A stretch of DNA of 9,053 nucleotides, taken from NCBI GenBank assembly GCA_963718915.1, contig CAVRAI010000005.1, positions 1-9,053 on the forward strand, read 5' to 3'. The stretch is from an uncultured Chloroflexia bacterium (GTDB taxonomy: Bacteria > Chloroflexota > Ktedonobacteria > Ktedonobacterales > JADMIN01). The notes below the pieces were generated by a model that searched no databases, had not been told where the DNA came from, and saw nothing but the letters and a program-made list of their open reading frames with translations. The translations under genes and the position numbers were made by a program. This document shows, piece by piece, positions 1 through 7,972 of the stretch. The first letter of the stretch is position 1; the number at the start of each line of letters is the position of its first letter.

Positions 1-426
1 GTTACTAAGTGTCCTAACTGTCGTGGGTACAAAGTGTCATCGGAGGTCGTTGACGAGTATACAACTGGCCATAGCCCAGGGTATAGGTTTGCAGAGTGGG
101 TGCCTATGGGGTGGCTATTCTTGATACCCATAATCGCTATCGCGCTTGGACTTTTGGTCGGGACAATTGACGGCCATGGAACGGGTGGGGCTATATGTGG
201 ACCTTTCGAACAGTGCCCAGGTAATCCATATCAACCCTCGGGGCTGTATTACTTTTTGATCGATGGTGCCGTGATTTTGCTCGTAATCTGGGCGTTATTG
301 TGCTTCATCATTCTACCAATCTTAAGGTGGGACGATGCAAACGACAGAAAGCTCCATACACGAGCCGTAGGCATGAGCTACACGTGTGACATTTGTGGCT
401 ATCAGTGGACAGTTCGTAACAGATAG
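1..426 (+). CDS. Hypothetical small membrane protein with CxxC pairs at both termini (split zinc-ribbon-like); 5' end probably outside the window
   Basis: Frame 1 is open from nt 1: VTKCPNCRGYK precedes the GTG at 34 used by the ORF track. Stop is TAG 424-426. Two hydrophobic segments (MGWLFLIPIIAIALGLLVGTI and LYYFLIDGAVILLVIWALLCFIILPIL) are flanked by CPNC (nt 10-21) and a C-terminal CDIC. The inter-TM loop has two further Cys (CGPFEQC). GC is lower than in the rest of the window. No family recognised. Confidence 0.5.
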   Translation, partial: VTKCPNCRGYKVSSEVVDEYTTGHSPGYRFAEWVPMGWLFLIPIIAIALGLLVGTIDGHGTGGAICGPFEQCPGNPYQPSGLYYFLIDGAVILLVIWALLCFIILPILRWDDANDRKLHTRAVGMSYTCDICGYQWTVRNR

Positions 427-752
427 CAACAGCGGAAAGGGCTGTCTGGCGGTGTGAACTAGCGCCTAATTGAGTTGGGTGAAGATCTCCAGCGGTGACA
501 GAATCAGTAGTGCTCTTCCAAACAGTTGCCTGTTGCCCTTGCCTTATATTTCGATTGATTCCGTTTAAGACTCAGTCGAAGTATTGGTGAGTTGTGAGTC
601 GGTGACGCTTCTGAGTGGCATGCGCTCAATTAGCTGGGCTTTGTCTATCTCGCCCGTATCCTCATACTGCTTTGTCAACATTTAAGAGATAGCTTGTAGC
701 CGCAGCATTTATGCCGCGAGGTTGCTAATCATGTGCCTTGCTGGGCGCGTCT

Positions 753-1307
753 CTATATCGGCTGCAATGGCTGGTGTGGTGGGGATGGTAGCTCGACGGT
801 GATTGTGTCGTCGGGACGCACCACGCCGCCAGTGATGACGATGGCCATCACACCGGCCTTGCGAATGAGATTACCCTCGGCGTCACGATCCAGCACCGCC
901 GCCATCAGCCCGCGCTGGATGCTTTCCAGTTGCGAGCAGGGGTTGCGCAGGCCGGTGATCTCGATGATCGCCTCATCGCCCAGCCGCAGCCGCGCGCCGG
1001 TGGGCAGATCGAGCAGAGCAACACCCCGGGTGGTGATGTTCTCGCCCATCTGTCCGGCGGCGACCACGAAGCCCGCCGCGCGCAGTTCGTCGTGTAGCTC
1101 GGCGTGAATCAGGTGTACCTGGCGCAGATTGGGCTGAAACGGGTTCTTCAAGACCCGTGAGCGATGCTTGACCGTCGTGCCCGCGTGGGCGTCACCCTCG
1201 ACGCCCAGCCCTTCGAGCAGCCGAATCTCCGCATGATTCGGTTTCGCCAGGGTATGCGTCGCGCTGCTGCTCACCGCCGCGACGCGCCCGGTTGCGTGCT
1301 GCTCCAT
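753..1307 (-). CDS. MOSC domain-containing protein (stand-alone, YiiM-like)
   Basis: The translation shows the beta-barrel MOSC pattern (GDAH..., GENITT.G, ...LRLGDEAIIEITGLRNPCSQLE with the invariant Cys). I place the start at ATG 1307-1305 (MEQHATGRV...), 1 nt after the tpiA stop. The 212-aa ORF-track version (start 1391) would overlap tpiA by 83 nt and adds an R-rich, non-conserved-looking leader. Stop is TAG 755-753. Confidence 0.85.
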   Translation of the reverse strand: MEQHATGRVAAVSSSATHTLAKPNHAEIRLLEGLGVEGDAHAGTTVKHRSRVLKNPFQPNLRQVHLIHAELHDELRAAGFVVAAGQMGENITTRGVALLDLPTGARLRLGDEAIIEITGLRNPCSQLESIQRGLMAAVLDRDAEGNLIRKAGVMAIVITGGVVRPDDTITVELPSPPHQPLQPI

Positions 1308-1308
1308 G

Positions 1309-2079
1309 CTACGATTTCTTGGCCCGAAGCGTCTGGCGCGCAATCTCGGCAAAATCGGGCCTGAGGCTCGCGCCGCCCACCAGCGACCCATCGATATCGG
1401 GAAGGGAAGCGAAAGAAGCCGCGTTGGCCGTCGTCACGCTCCCGCCATACTGCACGCGAATCACCGACGCCTCGACCGCGCCATACATCTCCACCAGCAG
1501 CGCGCGAATCAGCGCCGCCACATCGGCGGCATCCTTGGGCGTCGCGGCGCGACCCGTGCCGATGGCCCAGACCGGCTCATAGGCGACGACCAGCTCATCC
1601 AGCCGGTTCGCGGGAAACCCCTTCAGGCTGCCATAGACCTGCGAGGTGATGACGCGCTCCGTCCGACCCGCGTCGCGATCTTCGAGATGTTCGCCGACGC
1701 AGACGATGGGGCGGATATCGTGCGCGAAGGCGGCCAGCGCCTTGCGGTTCACCATGTCATCGGTCTCGCCGAAGTGCGTGCGCCGCTCGGAATGGCCCAG
1801 GATGACGTAGTCCGCTAGTCCCTGGAGCATCGTCGGCGATATCTCGCCCGTGAACGCGCCTTTCTCTTCGTAATACATGTTTTGCGCGCCCAACCTGATG
1901 TTCGTGCCAGACAGCACCGCATGCACCGCGGGCAGTGATATGGCCGGCGGACAGAGCACGATCTCGACGCCGCGCACCGTCACCAGATCGCTGAGTATGC
2001 TTGCGGCAAAGTCGCGCGCCTCGGTTGGGCCGAGGTTCATCTTCCAGTTGCCCGCGACAATGGGCATGCGATTGGTCAC
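1309..2079 (-). CDS. tpiA: Triosephosphate isomerase
   Basis: Hallmark motifs are AGNWKMN, GHSERR, AYEPVWAIGTG and YGGSV, and the 256-aa length is typical. The GTG start at 2079-2077 has a strong SD, GGAGGAGGAG (complement of 2085-2094), 5 nt upstream. An alternative ATG at 2066 (MPIV...) has poor SD spacing. Stop is TAG 1311-1309. Confidence 0.95.
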   Translation of the reverse strand: MTNRMPIVAGNWKMNLGPTEARDFAASILSDLVTVRGVEIVLCPPAISLPAVHAVLSGTNIRLGAQNMYYEEKGAFTGEISPTMLQGLADYVILGHSERRTHFGETDDMVNRKALAAFAHDIRPIVCVGEHLEDRDAGRTERVITSQVYGSLKGFPANRLDELVVAYEPVWAIGTGRAATPKDAADVAALIRALLVEMYGAVEASVIRVQYGGSVTTANAASFASLPDIDGSLVGGASLRPDFAEIARQTLRAKKS

Positions 2080-3300
2080 CTACACTCCTCCTCCATCGGC
2101 AGGCGCCTCGCGGTCACGCAGCGCCGCCACACCGGGCAACTCGCGCCCTTCCAAAAATTCCAGCGACGCGCCGCCGCCGGTCGAGACATGGGTCACCTTC
2201 GCGGCAGCGCCTGCCGCCTCCACCGCCGCCGCCGAATCACCACCACCAATGATGGTCGTCGCGCCAGCCTCGGTGCGCTCCACCAGCAGCGCAATCAGCG
2301 CATTGGTGCCCTGCGCGAACTTCGGGAACTCCGCGACGCCAAGCGTGCCGTTGAAGATGATCGTCTCCGCATCGGCCAGCGCCTCGCCAAACGCCAGGAT
2401 CGTCTGCGGGCCGACATCGAGAATGCGCCAGCCCTCAGCGACGTTATCTGGCGTTGTGATGGTACGCTCGGCGTCATTCGAGAACTTCTCGCCGACCGCG
2501 ACATCCACCGGCAAAACAAACCGTTTGCCCGCGGTTCGCGCCTTCACCTGAAGACGGCGCGCCTCTTCAAGCTTGTCATCTTCCACCAATGAATCGCCAA
2601 CAAACAGCCCATTTGCCTTGAAGAATGTGTTCGCCATGCCACCGCCGATCAGTATCGCATCGGCAATGTCGATCAGGCGATCCAGCACGGCGATCTTGTC
2701 AGAGACCTTCGCGCCGCCAGAGATGGCGACGAAGGGCCGCTTCGGATTTTCCAGCGCGGAGCCAAGGAAGTTCAACTCCTTCTCCATCAGGAAGCCCGCG
2801 ACGGCTGGCAGGTCGTGCGCCACGCCTTCGGTGCTGGCGTGGGCGCGGTGGGCTGTGCCAAAGGCGTCGTTGACGTAGATATCGCCGAGCGCGGCAAGCT
2901 GCTTCGCAAAGGCTGGATCGTTCGCCTCTTCCTCAGGATGGAATCGCACATTTTCGAGCAGCAACACTCCACCGGGCTGCAATGCCTTCGCCTGCGCCAT
3001 CACCGTTGGCCCGACGCAATCGTGCGCCAGCGCCACCGGCTGGCCGAGCAACTTGCTCAGCCGCTCCGCGACCGGTTTCAGGCTGTATTTGGGGTCAATC
3101 TTGCCCTTGGGCCGCCCCAGATGGCTCATCAGGATGACCGCGGCGCCGTGATCCAGCAGATAGCGGATGGTTGGGAGCGCGGCGCGGATGCGCGTATCAT
3201 CGGTGATTGCGCCGCCCTCGTCGAGCGGCACATTGAAGTCAACGCGCACCAGCACATGCCTGCCCCGCACATCAATATCGCGTACGGTGGCTTTGTTCAT
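2080..3300 (-). CDS. pgk: Phosphoglycerate kinase
   Basis: Motifs are [17 protein letters not shown], the FGTAHRAH region and GGGDSAAAV. The protein is 406 aa. The ATG at 3300-3298 is preceded by GAGAGG (complement of 3309-3314), which lies inside the last gap codons. Stop is TAG 2082-2080. Confidence 0.97.
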   Translation of the reverse strand: MNKATVRDIDVRGRHVLVRVDFNVPLDEGGAITDDTRIRAALPTIRYLLDHGAAVILMSHLGRPKGKIDPKYSLKPVAERLSKLLGQPVALAHDCVGPTVMAQAKALQPGGVLLLENVRFHPEEEANDPAFAKQLAALGDIYVNDAFGTAHRAHASTEGVAHDLPAVAGFLMEKELNFLGSALENPKRPFVAISGGAKVSDKIAVLDRLIDIADAILIGGGMANTFFKANGLFVGDSLVEDDKLEEARRLQVKARTAGKRFVLPVDVAVGEKFSNDAERTITTPDNVAEGWRILDVGPQTILAFGEALADAETIIFNGTLGVAEFPKFAQGTNALIALLVERTEAGATTIIGGGDSAAAVEAAGAAAKVTHVSTGGGASLEFLEGRELPGVAALRDREAPADGGGV

Positions 3301-3302
3301 GG

Positions 3303-4382
<1,080 letters not shown>

Positions 4383-4442
4383 TCACCAGGGCTGAAAGGC
4401 TGGCAACAGGCGTCTTCTTCAGGCCCCGGCGCACCGGGGAAT

Positions 4443-4451
4443 ATTGTATCA
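4443..4451 (-). promoter_or_regulatory. Candidate extended -10 promoter (TGaTACAAT) for the gap operon
   Basis: The minus strand reads TGATACAAT (complement of 4443-4451). It sits in the 198-nt gap between the GH4 stop and the gap start. There is no convincing -35 (GCCGGA at 17 nt). This promoter would give a leader of about 120 nt. Confidence 0.35.
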
Positions 4452-4514
4452 CGCGAGAGACCCCTTCCGGCCCGCATACCGCGCGAAGCAACGCGGTCAC
4501 ACCGGGCAAGATGG

Positions 4515-5815
4515 CTACGGCCATGCTCCGACGAAATCGCCATGCGCCGCCAGCAGATCGTCTACCAGCGACCAGATGTGGTCGAGGTCGAGTTCGGCGG
4601 CGGTATGGGGGTCAAGCATCGCGGCGTGGTAGAGATGCTCGCGGCGGCGGGTCAGCGCCGCCTCCACCGTCAGCCCCTGCACGTTGACGTTGGTGGTGAT
4701 GAGCGCGGCAAGCTGTGGCGGCAATGCGCCAATATACGTCGGCTGAATGCCGTTCTTATCCACCAGACACGGAACCTCCACGCAGCAGCCATCGGGCAGA
4801 TTATCGATCAGCCCGTCGTTCGCGACGTTGCCATAAATCAGCCGCGGCGTGCCGGTCTCCATGCTATGGATGATATATGCGCCATATTCCTGGCTGCGTT
4901 GGATCGCCAGCGGCTCGTCGCCTTCGAGGTGGTCGCGCAGCATCTCCCACCCGGCGATCTGCGCCTCGCAGCGGCGGATGTACTCGTCCAGCGGAATCTT
5001 GTAGCGCTCGATGAGGTCGGGGCGGTCGCGCTTGATGAACCAGGGCACGTACTCCGAAAAGTGCTCGCTCGACTCGGTGACGAAGTAGCCCAGGCGTTTG
5101 AAGATATCGTAGCGCACCTGGTTCTCGGCGGGCACGCGCTTCTCGTCGATGACCTGGCGGATGCGGGGATACAAATCTTCGCCGTCGCGCTCGAATCGCA
5201 GATAAAACGCCATGTGATTGATGCCAGCGCACAGGTAGTTGATTTCTTCGGCGGGCACGCCAATGTCGCGCGCCAGCTCGTGCGCCGTGTGAAAGACGCT
5301 ATGGCAGAGGCCAACGGTTTTGATGCTGCTCGCCCGGCTGATGGCCCAGCAGTTCATCGCCATCGGATTCGAGTATTGCAGCAGGGTGGCTCCGGGCAGA
5401 CTTCCTCCATATCGCGGCAGATATCCAGCAGCACGGGAATGGTGCGTACGGCGCGCATGATGCCGCCGATGCCGAGCGTGTCGGCGATGGTCTGGCGCAG
5501 GCCGTAGCGTTTGGGGATGTCGAAGTCGATGACGGTGGCCGGACGGTAGCCGCCGACCTGAATCATGCAGATGGCGTAGTTCGCGTCGGTCAGCGCGGCG
5601 CGGCGGTCGGTGGTTGCCTCGATGTGCGGATGCGCGCCCAGTTGCTCCGCCAGTTTGCGCGCCATCCGCTCCGAGGTGCGCAGGCGCTCCGGGTCGATAT
5701 CGTGGAGGCTGATATGCGACTCCGCCAGCTCGGGAAAGCTCAGGATATCGGTGAGCAGCGCCTGGGCAAAGACGGTGCTGCCAGCGCCAATGAGCGTGAT
5801 TTTGGGGTGTGCCAT
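4515..5815 (-). pseudogene. Glycoside hydrolase family 4 (NAD/Mn-dependent alpha-glucosidase/alpha-galactosidase type) interrupted by one frameshift near 5391-5396
   Basis: Two ORFs (5354-5875 and 4515-5363) join into one GH4 protein. The N-terminal part reads MAHPKITLIGAGSTVF...IQVGGY...DTLGIGGIMRAVRTIPVLLDICRDMEEVCP. The C-terminal part reads (G)ATLLQYSNPMAMNCWAISR...TVGLCHSV...AGINHMAF. Adding one G to the CCCGG(G)A run at about 5393 restores CPGATLLQYSNPMAMN. The total is 1301 nt, or 1302 (434 codons) after repair. The start is ATG 5815-5813 with GAGAGG upstream. Stop is TAG 4517-4515. Confidence 0.85.
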
Positions 5816-6178
5816 GTCGCGCCTCTCTGGGATGATCTGAAAATGATAAGAAAAATGCGCCTCAATCCGCTTCACTGTCTGCCATTATACAGGGGCTGGC
5901 GCGTTCTCGATGCATGAGCCTTACAGCGGGGAGTTTGCGGTAGCGTTAGTAGCTTTACTTTGGCTGCCGAAGCCGCGTCGTGGAGCGAGGCCGTCGCTAC
6001 GCTACGGCCCGCCAAGCCCTGCCGGGCGTACGCGGTGCTCCCACGAGGCATCCCGACGCATGCAAAATACATTACCGCGAATGAATGAATGGTAAATACG
6101 ATGAAGGCCGAGATGGTTGAATCGACGTGGGCGAGTGGGGTTGCGGAATATGAATGGAGTAGAAATGACCGGCTGCCC

Positions 6179-7217
6179 ATGCTGACACCGCCCGATATCG
6201 CTAGCGAGACGATTATCGCCTTTTTAGGTGAACACTATGCGTTGCGCGTTCGCCAGGTGACCTTTCTGCCTATTGGGGCGGATGCCAACGCCGCCGTCTT
6301 TCGGGTGGACGCGGACGACAACACACCCTACTTCCTCAAGCTGAAGCGCGGCGACTTCGACGAGATCGCGGTCAGCATACCCGCGTATCTCCGCGCGCAT
6401 GGCATCCCGCAGGTGATGGCGCCGCTGGCGACGACGACAGGCAAGTTGTGGGCGAGCGGGCACGGCTTCAACTGGATACTCTACCCATACTTCGAGGGCG
6501 CAAATGGCTTCGGGCAGCCGCTCTCGGATGCGCAATGGGTCGCCTTCGGCCAGAGCCTGCGCGCCATCCATGCCAGCGTCCTGCCGCCAGCGCTTGCCAG
6601 CCGCGTGCCACGCGAAGACTATTCGCCACGGTGGCGCGATATCGTGATGAACTACGACCGGCAGGTGGAGACGCGCGTCTATGATGACGTTGATGACCCG
6701 TTTGCCCGGAGACTGGCGGCATTCTTGGCGAACGCGGCAGGACGAGATTCACGCGATGGTGGAGCGGGCCGAGCAGCTTGGCCAGATGCTTGCGGCAGCG
6801 AACGGCGAGCGCGGCGGATGCGTTCGTCCTGTGCCACACGGATCTGCATGCCGGGAACATCCTGCTGAGCGCGCGCGACGACCTCGATCTGGCCATCGTG
6901 GACTGGGACGCCCCGATCTTCGCGCCCAGAGAGCGGGACTTGATGTTCCTCGGCGGCGGCATTGGCGGCATCTGGGATACTGCCCGTGAGGAGGCGCTGT
7001 TCTATCAGGGCTACGGCGCCATTGAGATTGACCCGTGGCGCTCAGCTACTATCGCTACGAGCGCATCGTGGAGGATGTGGCGGCCTACGGCGAGCAGATT
7101 TTCGAGGCTCAGGGCAGCGCGGAAGACCGAGAACACGGGCTTGAAGGGACGATGGGACAGTTCGATTCCGGCCGCGTCGTCTCCATCGCCCACCAGACGT
7201 ACGAGCGGGTACGTTGA
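6179..7217 (+). pseudogene. Aminoglycoside/spectinomycin phosphotransferase-like kinase (APH family) with three frameshifts
   Basis: The homology path crosses three frames. The frame of ORF 6089 carries MLTPPDIASETIIAFLGEHYAL...YFLKLKRG...ILYPYFEG...RRLAAFLANA. A shift at about 6737 leads to QDEIHAMVERAEQLGQMLAAA. A shift at about 6800-6816 leads to DAFVLCHTDLHAGNILL...AIVDWDAPIFAPRERDLMFLGGG...YQGYGAIEIDP. A shift at about 7035 leads to ALSYYRYERIVEDVAAYGEQ...ERVR, ending at TGA 7215-7217. The kinase catalytic loop (HxDxxxxN, seen as HTDLHAGN) and the metal-binding motif (IVDWD) are present. The start at 6179 is chosen by resemblance to APH N-termini. In-frame upstream ATGs at 6089, 6101 and 6113 cannot be excluded. 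Confidence 0.8.
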
Positions 7218-7225
7218 CCTCACCC

Positions 7226-7284
7226 GGCCCCGCCCTCGCGGGCCACTGGCGCTCCGCGTGCTTGCTCAGCGCTCCAATGGAGCG
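7226..7284. terminator. GC-rich hairpins in the convergent intergenic region (candidate terminators lacking U-tracts)
   Basis: GGCCC(7226-7230)/GGGCC(7240-7244) plus an inner 2 bp form one hairpin just after the APH stop. CGCTCC(7270-7275)-AAT-GGAGCG(7279-7284) is a perfect 6-bp stem. Neither is followed by a T-run on the appropriate strand. Confidence 0.25.
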
Positions 7285-7309
7285 AAAATCCTGAAAGACA
7301 TCGGGTCTA

Positions 7310-7966
7310 TCAGTGACTGAGGGGTGTGAGCTGTATCTGCTGCGCCAGCCCGTAGGCGGTCGGGAGATCACTGTCGCTCTCGACAAATACACGACCGACC
7401 ACGAGCACCGCATTGTTCGGCGAAGCAATCTGTGCCATTCCCTGCGGCACGGTTCCTTTCCAGCCTGGCCCGCTGATGAGGTACTCGCCAGCCTCGGTTC
7501 CCGTGGTGCGTTTGCCGACGTAGGCAAAATCAGCGCCGTCCGACGGATCAGTGAACTGCACGCTGTAGTAACGGCCCGCCATGTCCGGCACGTGCAAAAC
7601 TTGCGGTCCTTTGGAGAGGTCGAGCCAGCCGCCGACGTAGAGCACGTCGTCGGTCCCGGTTGCTAATAAGCTGGCGTTTGACGCCGCGGGCGAAGCGCGA
7701 TTGGGCGTCGCGTACAGCGTATTGACGGGGATGGGGCCGCCGCCAAGCCCATGCCGCACGACCGCTCGTTTGTAGGCGCTGTACGCGAAAGTCGGCCAAA
7801 GATACATGAACACGACCGTGCCGAGTCCCCAGACGATGACAGCCAGGGCGACGAACCCAATGAGTCCACTTCCCCCCGCGGAGAAAATTCTGTAGACGAC
7901 CCAGGCGAGGATGGCCAGGATGACGAACGTAATGGGATAGGCGTATTTCAGAATAAACCGGTTCAT
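7310..7966 (-). CDS. DUF1254 domain-containing membrane protein
   Basis: The N-terminus has two hydrophobic helices (YPITFVILAILAWVVYRIF and LIGFVALAVIVWGLGTVVFMYLW). The DUF1254-like core follows: DDVLYVGGWLDLSKGPQVLHVPDMAGRYYSVQFTD...YVGKRTTGTEAGEYLISGPGWKG. The start is ATG 7966-7964, 6 nt after the stop of the upstream gene. Stop is TGA 7312-7310. Confidence 0.8.
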   Translation of the reverse strand: MNRFILKYAYPITFVILAILAWVVYRIFSAGGSGLIGFVALAVIVWGLGTVVFMYLWPTFAYSAYKRAVVRHGLGGGPIPVNTLYATPNRASPAASNASLLATGTDDVLYVGGWLDLSKGPQVLHVPDMAGRYYSVQFTDPSDGADFAYVGKRTTGTEAGEYLISGPGWKGTVPQGMAQIASPNNAVLVVGRVFVESDSDLPTAYGLAQQIQLTPLSH

Positions 7967-7972
7967 CTCACA

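Noticed and set aside
466-633. 9-bp inverted repeat CTAATTGAG (466-474) / CTCAATTAG (625-633)
   Set aside because: The flanks do not extend the pairing. A 9-mer inverted match within about 300 nt is expected by chance at a non-trivial rate (roughly 0.1-0.2 by my estimate). No target-site-duplication or transposase context is present.
1308-1391. N-terminal extension of the MOSC ORF (start 1391) overlapping tpiA by 83 nt
   Set aside because: The extension (MGRWWAARASGPILPRLRARRFGPRNRS) looks like out-of-frame tpiA sequence. The ATG at 1307 sits 1 nt after the tpiA stop and gives a normal-length MOSC protein.
5385-5400. Programmed -1 ribosomal frameshift in the GH4 gene
   Set aside because: There is no slippery heptamer (X XXY YYZ) and no evident downstream pseudoknot or hairpin. 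A 1-nt deletion or assembly error in a short G/C run is the simpler explanation.
4542-5507. 321-aa plus-strand ORF, longer than either GH4 fragment
   Set aside because: It lies fully antisense to sequence with a clear colinear GH4 motif path on the minus strand. The product is R/A/G/V-rich with no recognisable motifs. This is a typical shadow ORF in high-GC DNA.
5816-5875. 20-codon upstream extension of the GH4 N-terminal ORF
   Set aside because: GH4 enzymes begin just before the GAGS nucleotide-binding loop. The ATG at 5815 (MAHPKITLIGAGS) with GAGAGG upstream fits, and the extension has no support.
5872-6180. 102-aa minus-strand and 61-aa plus-strand ORFs in the GH4/APH intergenic region
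   Set aside because: They have no RBS, no recognisable motifs and atypical composition, and they overlap each other. I treat the region as non-coding.
6468-6971. 167-aa minus-strand ORF inside the APH region
   Set aside because: It lies antisense to the APH homology path. It is R/S/A/P-rich and is a shadow ORF.
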